Below are positions 37,805 through 47,919 of a stretch of DNA of 64,000 nucleotides, piece after piece. A program made the position numbers and the translations under genes. The stretch lies in assembly GCA_038227875.1 (NCBI GenBank), contig JBBRPR010000048.1, positions 1 to 64,000 on the forward strand, read 5' to 3'. The notes beneath the pieces are model-generated. The model saw only the letters and a list, made by a program, of their open reading frames with translations. It ran no database searches and was not told the DNA's origin. Within the stretch, counting starts at the first letter, position 1. Each line of letters starts with the position of its first letter. Origin of the DNA: Planctomycetota bacterium. GTDB taxonomy: Bacteria > Planctomycetota > SZUA-567 > H5-PLA8.

Positions 37805-39790
37805 TCACTTCGCGGCCAATTGCGGCACCCGTTCGACGCGCGATGGCGTTTCCTGCTTCAACCATCGTTCGCGCCACTGTTCGAACATGAACAGGGTCCA
37901 GAGCGGCTTGCGGTTGTCACTCTTGCCGGACAGATGATCCTGAACCAGCGCGTTGACCTTCTCCGGCCGCAGGATTCCAGCGTCGCGGATGCGGCGTTCG
38001 TGAAGTGTATCCAGGAGCATGCCGCGGAACTTGCCTCTGAACCAGTCCCCGACCGGCATCCCGAATCCCTTTTTCGGACGATTAAGGATATCTTGCGGAA
38101 GCATGCCCCGCAACGCGCGCCGCATAATATATTTGGAGAGGCCGCCGCGATACTTCAATCGGCTGGGAATTTCGCACACCAGCGACACAAAGTCGTGATC
38201 AAGCAGCGGCGAACGCGCTTCCAGCGAACAGGCCATCGTGGCGCGATCGACCTTGGTCAGCACGCCGTCGGCCAGGTACGTCTTGGCAAAGATGTAGCCG
38301 TCGCGGTCGATGGCGTCGCGGCCGGCAACGTTGCCGTAGAGTTTCTCCACGCCGTCGTACAGGCCGTTCATGTTCACGCCCGCGAATGCCTCGGGCTCCA
38401 GCAGTCCATTGAGTTCCTCGGGCACAAACGAACCCAGCCAGCGCCAGAGCCGTTGCTGCTCCGTCGACTTCAGGCCACGCAGCATCTGGCGGACGCGGAA
38501 ATCGAATGAGAAATTGCCATAGCTGACCGGCAGCAGCCGCGTGAGAGGCTTGACAATGTGGTGGTGCGCAAACGACGGAATGATGGCGTTGTACGCGCGC
38601 GCGTAACTCAGCGCTTTGAATGTGTCGTAACCGGCGAGCAGTTCGTCGCCGCCGTCGCCGGCCAGCGCCACTTTGACGTAGCCGCGGGCGAAACGCGCCA
38701 GCAGGAAAGTAGGCAGGATCGACGGATCGGCAAACGGCTCGTCGAGAAACGAGAGCACGTCCGGCAGAATTTCCATCGCTGTGTTGGCGCTGAGCAGCTC
38801 TTCGTGATGCACCGTGCCGAGATGGTTGGCCATGCGCCGCGCGTGCTGGCTTTCGTCAAAGCGCTTGTCGTTGAAACCAATCGAGAACGTTTTGACGTTC
38901 TTCGGGCCCATGATCTTGGCCATCATCGCCGTCACCGACGAGCTGTCGATGCCGCCGGAAAGAAACGCACCGACCGGCACGTCGGCGATCAAGCGACGGC
39001 GCACGGCAGACTCGAGTTCCTCGAGGATGCGCTTTTCCCAATATTCTTCCGGAGCGTTCGCGGGATCGTTCGGCAGGCTCAGGACGGACTCCGGGCGCCG
39101 TGCCTTATAGAAGTCCCAATAGGTCTCGACTTTCAGTTCATCCGTGTCCCAGTGGTAGGTCAGGCATTCGCCGCCCGCCAGACGCTTGATGCCTTTGAAA
39201 ATGGAGTACGGCGACGGCACGAACTCATGCATGAAATAACGGGCGGCCGCTTCCGGATCGATCACCGCGCGAATGTCCGGATGCTGCAGTAGTGATTTGA
39301 GTTCACTGCCGAAGGCAAACAGGCCGCGGCGGTGATAATAATAGAATGGCTTCTTTCCGGTGCGATCGCGCGCGCCAAACAGGCAGCGATTGCGCGGATC
39401 CTGAACGACAAAACCAAACATGCCGTTGAACTTCTCGAGGCACTTCGGACCCCAGACCTTGTAACTGTTGAGCAACGACTCCGTGTCCGAGCGCGTGCGC
39501 GCCATCACGCCGTGTCCGGCAAGCTCGGTGTTCAATTCCCGGAAATTGTAGATTTCGCCGTTGAGGACCACCGCCAGGCCGCTCTCGTTGTCGACCATCG
39601 GCTGGATGCCGCCGGCGATGTCGATGATCGACAAGCGGCGATGACCGAGCGCGACTGGACCAGACAGGCGATGCCCATCGGCATCCGGTCCCCGGCGCGA
39701 CAGTGTTGCAGTCATGCGAGCGAGCACTTCAGCGTCGTCAACGTGAAGCTGCTTGACTCCTGACCGCGCAAATCCGGTTATTCCGCACAT
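37805..39790 (-). CDS. asnB: Asparagine synthase (glutamine-hydrolysing)-family amidotransferase
   Basis: MCGITG, RGPD, LGHRRLSIID, NGEIYNF, FLSGGIDSS, GDGGDELLAGY, KVDRATMACSLEAR.P.LD, PKKGF. Confidence 0.95.
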   Translation of the reverse strand: MCGITGFARSGVKQLHVDDAEVLARMTATLSRRGPDADGHRLSGPVALGHRRLSIIDIAGGIQPMVDNESGLAVVLNGEIYNFRELNTELAGHGVMARTRSDTESLLNSYKVWGPKCLEKFNGMFGFVVQDPRNRCLFGARDRTGKKPFYYYHRRGLFAFGSELKSLLQHPDIRAVIDPEAAARYFMHEFVPSPYSIFKGIKRLAGGECLTYHWDTDELKVETYWDFYKARRPESVLSLPNDPANAPEEYWEKRILEELESAVRRRLIADVPVGAFLSGGIDSSSVTAMMAKIMGPKNVKTFSIGFNDKRFDESQHARRMANHLGTVHHEELLSANTAMEILPDVLSFLDEPFADPSILPTFLLARFARGYVKVALAGDGGDELLAGYDTFKALSYARAYNAIIPSFAHHHIVKPLTRLLPVSYGNFSFDFRVRQMLRGLKSTEQQRLWRWLGSFVPEELNGLLEPEAFAGVNMNGLYDGVEKLYGNVAGRDAIDRDGYIFAKTYLADGVLTKVDRATMACSLEARSPLLDHDFVSLVCEIPSRLKYRGGLSKYIMRRALRGMLPQDILNRPKKGFGMPVGDWFRGKFRGMLLDTLHERRIRDAGILRPEKVNALVQDHLSGKSDNRKPLWTLFMFEQWRERWLKQETPSRVERVPQLAAK

Positions 39791-40759
39791 CGGGCTGTCC
39801 TCAATTTCCTGACACACATCTGAATTTCACACATCACAAAAAACGTTTTTACGACCGGCTCACTTAGCCGTTGATCACGAAATTAGCCTATTTTGTAAAT
39901 TTAAAGTCAGGGATGCTCCTGCAGTGCGGAGGCATTCGCAACGTTGGCAGAGCGCTTGTCCTTATTATATGAATTATTGAATTGCAGGACGAAATTGATG
40001 TCACCTTTTATTACCATAAACAACCGGATTAAAAATAAGTCGACACCCGACGATGCCCTGAATCGAAAATCCATTTGGGAATTTTTCCGAGGGCCGACGA
40101 AAATTCCACGCAGTCCCGTCGAACGCAAACGAATCATCGAAAGCAACATTTCAGTGCGAACTTCCTGTGAATTTGGAGGAGTTTCAGAACAGCAGTCTAG
40201 CAGCAATCAACACTGCTGCCGAGTCTTAATGGGATCGAAATCAAGAAAATGAAATGTTGCGCTATGTGCGCACGAAAACTGTGATTCAATTTCTAAATGA
40301 ACGAAATTCACGATATTGCGTCTTCAATGTTACGGAAATGTAATTTTGATTGGTTGGGTGATACTCAATGTAATTTGGAAATTTGGCGCGATTGAATCAT
40401 TTTGCTCCGAGACACCACAGCGTTTTTCGGGTGCGGCAGGCTGATCTTCAACGCGCGATGCGTGGCGACGGAGTGAACATCGCGATCGTAAACGGCCGTC
40501 ATGGCCGAGGATGCTTTCGTGCAGGCCGATTCAGCCATGTTTGTGCTCCCATTTTTGAGGCCAGCGCGTTCCAGAGGTCACTACACCGGACCATTGCGGG
40601 TATCGAAAGAATTCGTACGTATACGTAATATGAGTATGTTTAAGCGTTTGTGGCTTCGATTCAAGAAAATTATTTGCATATTTGTGCAAATAAGCAAGGA
40701 GAGGCGAGCAGACTTCGGATGATGTTCAGTACGCGGATTTGGAAGGCGGGATAAAAGGC

Positions 40760-41113
40760 TTAGCGCGAACTGGCGACGATGGCATCAAGCTGGAACTGGC
40801 AGCACTTCAAGTCCAGCGTGCGGGTGGTGCGGTCGACCAGTACTTCGCACGCCGGCGAGAGTCCATACACGCGGCGCTGGCCGTCCTTCCGGCAAATTAA
40901 CAACCCCGCCTGCTGCAGCGCGGAGAGCTGCCGGCTGGCGGTGTAGGTCGTGAGTTTGCAGCGCGTGGCAATGCGGCCGGCGGTCAGCTGTGCGGTCAGG
41001 AGCAGGTTGAGAATCGCGATGCGCCGCGGGTCGCTGAGCGCCTTCAGCGCCTTGAAGCAGTCCAGACTTTTGGCAGAGGCTTTCGCTTTTACTTTCGCTT
41101 TCAACGTCTTCAT
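40760..41113 (-). CDS. ArsR/SmtB-family transcriptional regulator
   Basis: LKALSDPRRIAIL..SRQL..L.QAGL..RKDGQRRVY.L; C-terminal LDLKCC; RBS GAGGAG. Confidence 0.88.
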   Translation of the reverse strand: MKTLKAKVKAKASAKSLDCFKALKALSDPRRIAILNLLLTAQLTAGRIATRCKLTTYTASRQLSALQQAGLLICRKDGQRRVYGLSPACEVLVDRTTRTLDLKCCQFQLDAIVASSR

Positions 41114-41233
41114 ACTACTCCTCGTTGTTGCGCTTGAGACCAGAGAGCATAGCCTGTTCTCAAACTGTCGCCACACGCATACGCACCCGCGAAACGGTCA
41201 ATCTTTGCAGCCCATCAGCCGATACCCGTACAC

Positions 41234-41437
41234 ATGAATTGGAAAGACCGCTGTCCCAATCCACTCTGCATCAAGCCTTCCGATTTCCATTTCGACGACT
41301 TCACGCCGCCGGTCGTCGCGCTGATGCGCTGCCAGCACTGCAAGACGGTCTTCAAGCTCAAGGTGAACAAGGACCAGATCGTCCAATTCTCCCTCTACGA
41401 TCCCGCCAGCGAACCACCTGGGGCGTGTGCGTTGTAG
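41234..41437 (+). CDS. Small putative zinc-ribbon protein
   Basis: 67 aa; CPNPLC..CQHC; native-like GC3 codon bias. Confidence 0.6.
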   Translation: MNWKDRCPNPLCIKPSDFHFDDFTPPVVALMRCQHCKTVFKLKVNKDQIVQFSLYDPASEPPGACAL

Positions 41438-41700
41438 GCTTGCCTCCATGTAACGAACTTCGGTTGCTCGCGAATTCGAATATTCCGTCCAGCTAAAAGT
41501 GGTCGGTATTTGTTGCGCAACGCGCCAGTGCTGTACCGACTACTTTTCGCCGGACGGATGTCGAATTCGCAAGCGCGCGACTGCAACGTCGCCAATTTCC
41601 ATCGGGGCGAGCCCTCTTGGCATGCGCCGTGTATCCATTCTACACGGGGCGCTTCGCTGTCGAAATTCCCCTCAGAAAGATGTGCTATCGGAGAGTATGT

Positions 41701-42777
41701 ATGCGCTTTTTGTCTCGCGTGTCGCGAATTCAAACGCCGTTGATGATGTTGCTGCTCGTGAGTTGCTTGAGTGGGTTGAACTGCCGCGCAGAAGATGTTC
41801 ACATCACGCCGTGGCGCGATCATGCCGCCCAACTGGATTGGTCGGCGAAGCTCAACCGCATCGCGTACGCGATCAAGAACAAGCAGGGCAGCTACGAGGT
41901 CCACACGTCCGATCCCGATGGCAAGAACGACTTCAGCGTCTCCGCGCATTATGCGCCTTTTGACAAGCGACACGTCGGCGCTCCGTTCTGGCATCCGTCG
42001 GGGAAATTCCTGGCCGTGACCGTGGAGAAAAAGCAGCACAAAGGCAGCGCGTACGAAGCCACGCCCGGCTTCGGCGGTTGGACGGACATCTGGGCGCTGG
42101 CCGCCGACGGCTCGGAAGCGTTTCAGCTCACCGATCTTCCTGACGACGCCGATCATGGCATATTGATTCCACGCTTCTCACCCGACGGAACGCAATTGTG
42201 CTGGACGCAACGCGTCGTGCGCCCGAACTTTTTCGATCCCAAGCAGGCTTTCGCGTTCTGGGCCATCAAGCTCGCCGATGTCGTCATCGCCAACGGCAGC
42301 GTGAAGCTTGAAAACATCCGCACGTTCGAACCCGGCGGTCGTGCATTTTACGAAACCTACGGCTTCACGCGCGACGGCAAGCGCATCCTCTTCTGCAGCT
42401 GCTTCAATCAGCCCTCCGTCTGGCAGCAGCAGATTTTCTCCGTCGACACAGCGACCGGCAAAGACGTGAAGCAACTGACGGAGAAGGATTACAACGAACA
42501 CGCCGCAACGACGCCGGACGGAAAGTCGATCGTCTGGATGTCCCACGTTGACAGCATCGCCGGGGGCACCGACTGGTGGATGATGGATACCGACGGCAGC
42601 AACAAGCGCCGCCTGACCTGGTTCAACCAGCCCGGCCACAAACAGTACGCCGGACACGCGGTGTGGGCGGGCCTGGCGAGCTTCTCCCCGGACGGCACGC
42701 GTTTCATCGGCGACATCCAGCAGAATTTGATCACGCAGGAAGCGAACACTGTCATGGTGGATTTCCTCCGAAAATAG
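41701..42777 (+). CDS. Secreted TolB-like (PD40 repeat) beta-propeller protein
   Basis: WHPSGK, PRFSPDGT, FTRDGKRI, TPDGKSI, FSPDGT repeats. Confidence 0.85.
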   Translation: MRFLSRVSRIQTPLMMLLLVSCLSGLNCRAEDVHITPWRDHAAQLDWSAKLNRIAYAIKNKQGSYEVHTSDPDGKNDFSVSAHYAPFDKRHVGAPFWHPSGKFLAVTVEKKQHKGSAYEATPGFGGWTDIWALAADGSEAFQLTDLPDDADHGILIPRFSPDGTQLCWTQRVVRPNFFDPKQAFAFWAIKLADVVIANGSVKLENIRTFEPGGRAFYETYGFTRDGKRILFCSCFNQPSVWQQQIFSVDTATGKDVKQLTEKDYNEHAATTPDGKSIVWMSHVDSIAGGTDWWMMDTDGSNKRRLTWFNQPGHKQYAGHAVWAGLASFSPDGTRFIGDIQQNLITQEANTVMVDFLRK

Positions 42778-42922
42778 TTTGTTGGGCGGAGTGGTTCGTT
42801 ACGCGAGTTCATCGAACTCGTGAAGTGTGAAGATTCTCGCAGCTCGCCCATTCTCGCTTGTGCGCTTCCCCCGATGTTGTATTTTTCAGGAGCAAAGTCA
42901 CACGACGACACGGAGCACCTCA

Positions 42923-43870
42923 ATGAGCAAGCGCACCATATTCATCGACGGCGAGGCGGGAACCACGGGGCTGCAGATCCGCGCGCGGCTGAGCGGACGC
43001 ACGGACCTGGAACTCGTCAGCATCGCGCCGGAGAAGCGCAAGGACGAGCAGGAACGCAAGCGGCTCTTGAATGCCGTCGACCTGGCGATTCTCTGTCTCC
43101 CCGACGACGCGGCCAAGGCTTCCGTGGCGCTGATCGACAATCCGTCCGTCCGGGTGCTCGACGCCAGCACCGCGCACCGCGTCAATCCGGAATGGACGTA
43201 CGGTTTTGCAGAACTCCTTCCTGGCCAGGCTGAGAAAATCCGCGCAGCCAAGCGCGTGGCCAATCCTGGCTGCTATCCGACCGGCGCGGCCGCGCTGCTG
43301 CGCCCGCTGGTCGACGCGAAGCTGCTGCCGCCGGATTTTCCCGTCACCATCAACGCCATCTCCGGCTACAGCGGCGGCGGCCGCCAGATGATCGAATCGT
43401 TCGAAGGCAAGAACGACAAACCGATCACCGATCCTTACCGCATCTACGCACTGGAACTGAACCACAAGCACGGCGAAGAAATGCGCGTCTTCGGCGGCCT
43501 GGCGCACAAGCCGCTGTTCGTGCCGGCCGTCGGCAAATTCGCGCAGGGCATGATCGTCCAGATCCCGCTGCAGCTCCGCACATTGCCGAAGGCTGTTTCC
43601 GGCGCGGACCTCCACCGCGCAATCTCCGAGCGCTTTGCAGGCCAGCGCTTCGTTAAAGTACTTCCGTTGGAACCGCGTCCCACGACGCTCCAGCCGACCG
43701 CGTTGAACGGCACCAACAATCTGGAACTGTTCGTCTTCGATAATCCGGTTGAGAAGCAAGCACTGCTGGTTGCACGATTGGACAATCTTGGCAAGGGGGC
43801 GTCGGGGGCCGCGGCGCAGAATGCAGACTTGATGCTAGGGTTGGACGCGCACAGTTACGATATGCCGTAG
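42923..43870 (+). CDS. argC: N-acetyl-gamma-glutamyl-phosphate reductase (type 2)
   Basis: [53 protein letters not shown]. Confidence 0.97.
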   Translation: MSKRTIFIDGEAGTTGLQIRARLSGRTDLELVSIAPEKRKDEQERKRLLNAVDLAILCLPDDAAKASVALIDNPSVRVLDASTAHRVNPEWTYGFAELLPGQAEKIRAAKRVANPGCYPTGAAALLRPLVDAKLLPPDFPVTINAISGYSGGGRQMIESFEGKNDKPITDPYRIYALELNHKHGEEMRVFGGLAHKPLFVPAVGKFAQGMIVQIPLQLRTLPKAVSGADLHRAISERFAGQRFVKVLPLEPRPTTLQPTALNGTNNLELFVFDNPVEKQALLVARLDNLGKGASGAAAQNADLMLGLDAHSYDMP

Positions 43871-43876
43871 ATGGGC

Positions 43877-43941
43877 AGTTTTGAGTTTTGAGTTAATAGT
43901 TCTGAGTTACATTTCAGTCGAATCAATCACAACTCAAAACT
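43877..43941. repeat. Heptamer repeats (AGTTTTG-like) with an inverted copy between convergent genes; possible terminator
   Basis: agttttgagttttgagtt..agttctgagtt and aactcaaaact. Confidence 0.55.
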
Positions 43942-43949
43942 TTCGGCAA

Positions 43950-44336
43950 TCACGCCTCGGGCGGCTTTTCGCGCATCTCCAGCGCCAGCACTTCGTCGAT
44001 GCCGAATTCGATGCGGTGGACCTTGGTGGCGACGTCGCTGATCATCGTCACGTCGACGGGTTTGCCGTCGACGCGGGTGCCGTTGGGGCTCAGGTTTTTT
44101 ACTTCAATCGAACTGAGATTGAACATCGTGACTTGAACGTGCTTGCCGCTCACGGTCTGAGCGGCTTCGTCTTTCTCGCGTTCCGCTTCGCTCAGCAGGC
44201 GGTACTTCTGCGTGCGCCGCAGGGAGATGTCCACCATGCGGCTGCGTCCCACGATCATCGCTTTGCCGTATTCCAGCGGGTAAAGCTGCCCTTTGAAGTG
44301 CCCTGAAATACCGACCAACGTGGGAACGCGCTGCAT
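43950..44336 (-). CDS. FHA domain protein
   Basis: IVGRS, VSGKH, LSPNGTRVDG motifs. Confidence 0.85.
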   Translation of the reverse strand: MQRVPTLVGISGHFKGQLYPLEYGKAMIVGRSRMVDISLRRTQKYRLLSEAEREKDEAAQTVSGKHVQVTMFNLSSIEVKNLSPNGTRVDGKPVDVTMISDVATKVHRIEFGIDEVLALEMREKPPEA

Positions 44337-44349
44337 GGTTATGAGTGTC

Positions 44350-45315
44350 TCACGGAGCTGGAGCAAACGGCGTCGCGGTGCTTTCCCGCAACGTTCCCAG
44401 ACCCATATCCGGCCCGGGGAAATCCTGCACTTTCGGCGTCTCTTTGGCCATGATCGCGCGCGCGATCTTGATCCGGTCGTCATCGGTCAGCGGCGTGCCG
44501 TCGGCCGGCAACGTGATGTCGGCGCCGACGCTCGCGGCCATGATCGCCGCATCGATTTTCTCCGCGTCAGCGTTTTCCGGTGAGGGCTTGTCGGTGATGT
44601 AGATCGCGTGGTCTTTGACTTCCGCGTAGGTCTCGGTCAGTTGCGTGATCCAGCGAATCGCCGTGCCGGCGTCCATGTCCTTGATGCGCAGCGTGATGGT
44701 CGGATTGGCCTGCTGCACTTTCGGATTGATGATGATGTTCAGGCCGGTGATGCTGGAAATCAGCGAGATGGTATCGGTCAGCGAATCGCCCTGCAGGTCC
44801 AGCGTCAGCGGCTTGTTCAACTGGCGGTCCATGCGTTCCATCCAGTTCGATGTTTCGGAGAACCGGGCGACTCCGAGCTGCGGCCGGGAGACGCCACCTT
44901 CTTCATTGCGAGCATGACGCGGCGTGCCGGGTTCGCGCGAGACTTCGCGTTCGACAATCGCCAACTGCCGGTCACTGGCGAGGCGCCGGTGCGCATCGGC
45001 ATCACGGACCGCGACGCGGATCGAAGCCTTCTCGGAATCGCTGAGTTCCTTGCGCGATTTGACGATATCGGTGCGGTGAAACGAGAGCGTACCGTAGACG
45101 GTGAGCAGCTCCAGATCCTGCGCGTCGGAGCTCCTCTGCACGATGCCTTGGTATTCCAGTCCGTTGAAAAGCGTGATCGCGATCAGGTCGGAATCCGGCG
45201 CTGCTACTTCCGGAGCGGCCACTGGGGCGACGGGCTTTTCAGCCGCCGACACGCCGACACCGAAGCCACTCAAGACAAACAGCACCGGAACCACAGCAGC
45301 GCGCAGGTGACTCAT
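44350..45315 (-). CDS. Secreted protein with STN/secretin-N0-like domain
   Basis: Signal peptide; LNKPLTLDLQGDSLTDTISLISSITGLNIIINP..ITLRIKDM..AIRWI..VKDHAIYIT. Confidence 0.7.
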   Translation of the reverse strand: MSHLRAAVVPVLFVLSGFGVGVSAAEKPVAPVAAPEVAAPDSDLIAITLFNGLEYQGIVQRSSDAQDLELLTVYGTLSFHRTDIVKSRKELSDSEKASIRVAVRDADAHRRLASDRQLAIVEREVSREPGTPRHARNEEGGVSRPQLGVARFSETSNWMERMDRQLNKPLTLDLQGDSLTDTISLISSITGLNIIINPKVQQANPTITLRIKDMDAGTAIRWITQLTETYAEVKDHAIYITDKPSPENADAEKIDAAIMAASVGADITLPADGTPLTDDDRIKIARAIMAKETPKVQDFPGPDMGLGTLRESTATPFAPAP

Positions 45316-45499
45316 GGAACCTCTCCTTTCGGCGGCGCCCAACTCGACGCGGCCGAACGCAAGAAAGCCTACCTCTAAACTAAGACGTACAAAGCAGAAA
45401 AAATGCGGCATCGGCGACAGGCCGGGCGCGTAGATTGGACTGGTTCGGGGGCCACGCATTACGCGCAAAATGGCCATTTTCCGCGCGGGCGCGCTGACG

Positions 45500-45686
45500 C
45501 GCGAGGGGTCAGGGGCCAGGGGTCAGGGGCCAGAATAGAGGACGCACACGGTAGGTCGTACGAGTACTTTGCCTTTGGACAAAAGAAGCAGTAGCAGTAC
45601 TGCTTACTTTGACCAAAAGGCAAAAAACACACACGACCATTCCGTGCGCGTCCTCTACTCTAACCCTTGGCCCCTGACCCCTCGCG
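45500..45686. repeat. Long imperfect intergenic inverted repeat (187 bp, 4-nt loop)
   Basis: Arms pair colinearly from CGCGAGGGGTCAGGGGCC/GGCCCCTGACCCCTCGCG inward to AAGCAGTA-gcag-TACTGCTT. Confidence 0.9.
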
Positions 45687-45704
45687 GCTAAGCCGCGCTG
45701 CGCG

Positions 45705-47288
45705 CTAGCCGGCTCCTGAGATCGGCGGGGCTTTTTCCAGCATGTCGCGGACTTTCGCGATCAGCGATGCGACCTGGAACGGTTTCTGGATAAAGCCGGC
45801 CAGTCCCTTTCCGGCGAAGCGATTCGTTGCGTCTTGCTCGTTGTAGCCGCTGGTCAACAGTACCCGGACGTCCGGGCGGAGGCGGCGGAGCTCGCGGAAC
45901 GTCTCTTCGCCGCTCATGCGCGGCATGGTCATGTCCAGGATCACGCCGCGAATGTCGGCCATGTGTTTCTGAAACGTATCGACGCCGTCGCGGCCATCGA
46001 CGGCCGTGAGCACCGAAAAACCGAAGCGCGTGAGACTGTGCTGGATCACGTTGCGCAGGATCTCCTCGTCTTCGATGATCAGCATCGTGCCTTCGCCGCG
46101 CCAATTGTCGCCATTGCCCGCGGGGAGTGCGCTGGGCATGACCGTCTGCGCAGAACAGGGGAAGAGCAGTTTGAAGGACGTGCCCCTGCTGGGTTCGCTG
46201 TAAACTTTAATCGCGCCGCGGTGCGCGCGGACGATGCCCATCACCGCCGCCAGCCCCAGGCCGCGGCCGGTGAACTTCGTCGAGAAGAACGGATCGAAGA
46301 TTTTCTTGCGCGTCTCGCGGTCCATGCCGCAGCCGGTGTCGGAGACTTCCAGGTATGCGTAGCGCCCCGGAATCAGGCCTTCCTGCAGGAAGATATCGGA
46401 GAGGTACTGCGCGTCGGCGTTGACGATGCCGGTGCTGATCGTGACCACGCCGGAGTTTTCAGTCAGGGCTTCCGAGGCGTTGATGATCAGGTTCATGATC
46501 ACCTGCCGGATCTGCGCGGCGTCGGCGTCGATCAGCGGCGTCTCGTACGAGAGGTCGTACTTCAGCACGGCTTTCTTCGAGAGGGAACTCTGGATCAGGT
46601 GACCCATCTCGCGGATGATCTCGTTGACCGCCAGGGTTTCGACGACGAACTTGCCCTTGCCGGCGTAGGCGAGCATCTGCTTGGTCAGTTCCGAGGCGCG
46701 GATGCCGGCGACCTTGATGTCGCCGACGCGCGAGTACGCCGCGGAGTTGGGTGAGATTTCCAGCAGCGCCAGGTCGCTGTTGCCGAGGATGCCGACGAGC
46801 AGGTTGTTGAAATCGTGAGCGATGCCGCCGGCCAGAACGCCCAGGCTTTCCAGGCGCTGCGAATGCTGGATCTGAGCTTCCAGCTTGCGGTGCTCTTCCT
46901 CCGCGCGCTTGCGTTCAGTGATGTCGATGATGCAGACCAGCACGCCGACGATCTCGCCGTGTTCGTTGAGAAACGGGCCGATCTTGCCCATCGACCAGAT
47001 CACGCCGCCGTCGGGCGCCGGCGAACTGACGTCAGGCCCCGTCGAGATGTGCCCCTGCAGCGCGCGTTGAAAGAGCGCCAGAATTCCCTGTTCGGCGAGA
47101 AACGGAAAGAGCTGCATGGGCGTCCTGCCGATCACGTCCTTGGCCGGCACTCCGGAGAGACGCTCCATGAAGGGATTCCAGACGACGTAGCGCAGTTCGG
47201 AATCCAAGACGATGATACCTTCCTGGACGGAGTTGATGATCTGATGAGCCAGATGGTTTTGGCTGAATTCGGGGGGGTCAACGGGCAT
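45705..47288 (-). CDS. PAS-domain hybrid sensor histidine kinase/response regulator (CckA-like architecture)
   Basis: PAS (DITERKRAEE), LAGGIAHDFNNLL, NLIINA, DTGCGM, PFFSTKFTGRGLGL, receiver ILDMTMPRMSG..KPF. Confidence 0.95.
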   Translation of the reverse strand: MPVDPPEFSQNHLAHQIINSVQEGIIVLDSELRYVVWNPFMERLSGVPAKDVIGRTPMQLFPFLAEQGILALFQRALQGHISTGPDVSSPAPDGGVIWSMGKIGPFLNEHGEIVGVLVCIIDITERKRAEEEHRKLEAQIQHSQRLESLGVLAGGIAHDFNNLLVGILGNSDLALLEISPNSAAYSRVGDIKVAGIRASELTKQMLAYAGKGKFVVETLAVNEIIREMGHLIQSSLSKKAVLKYDLSYETPLIDADAAQIRQVIMNLIINASEALTENSGVVTISTGIVNADAQYLSDIFLQEGLIPGRYAYLEVSDTGCGMDRETRKKIFDPFFSTKFTGRGLGLAAVMGIVRAHRGAIKVYSEPSRGTSFKLLFPCSAQTVMPSALPAGNGDNWRGEGTMLIIEDEEILRNVIQHSLTRFGFSVLTAVDGRDGVDTFQKHMADIRGVILDMTMPRMSGEETFRELRRLRPDVRVLLTSGYNEQDATNRFAGKGLAGFIQKPFQVASLIAKVRDMLEKAPPISGAG

Positions 47289-47412
47289 AGCAAACCTCGA
47301 TTGGCGATAAAACGTGGGGCGTGGCTAACGGTCAATTATAGGAATATTAGTTTTGGCGGACCATTTATACAACGATATAGCGTTCTCCTTATCGTTATTC
47401 ATTGAATTTCCG

Positions 47413-47448
47413 TGTCACATAATGTTACGAATTGTTACAAAATGTTAC
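47413..47448. promoter_or_regulatory. Four TGTYAC direct repeats at 10-bp period; putative regulator binding array
   Basis: TGTCAC 47413; TGTTAC 47423, 47433, 47443. Confidence 0.6.
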
Positions 47449-47600
47449 ATGGCTTGGGCTCTCCGTCATAGATGCACGTTGTTATGGCATGTGCAGGTGG
47501 CCGTGCGCTGTTTGGAGCTCCTATCCGGTGGGATCAAGTGTGGAGGTCAGTTGAGGCCATCCGGCGACAACATACGGTCGTGAAGAAAGCATCGCATAAT

Positions 47601-47697
47601 TTTCTACAGTATTAAGCAACCGTCGAACCCAAAAGTCAAGTGTTATTTCTAACATTTATTAAAAAGATTTTATAATACAGGATGGTTAGTAGTGCAC
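47601..47697. repeat. AT-rich direct repeat, copy 1
   Basis: CAAAAGTCAAGTGTT..TTAAAAAGATTTTATAATACA..AGTGCAC shared with 47920-48018. Confidence 0.8.
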
Positions 47698-47919
47698 TCG
47701 GTGCGTCTTGATCCGTGTCTTGCGTGGGCATAGTCGCGACCTTGTCATTTGCGTTCTGAAGGGCTGTGGATGCGTTGAAGGTCACTTCGGCTTTAAAGTC
47801 GGATCGCCGTTGCGGAATCGCTCATAGGCCTCAGGAACGCAATTTTAGCCATGCCTGGAAACGCATGGCGATGCGTGGCGTCGAGCCTTCGTCGGTGGTG
47901 TTAAACGACCAACACGTAT

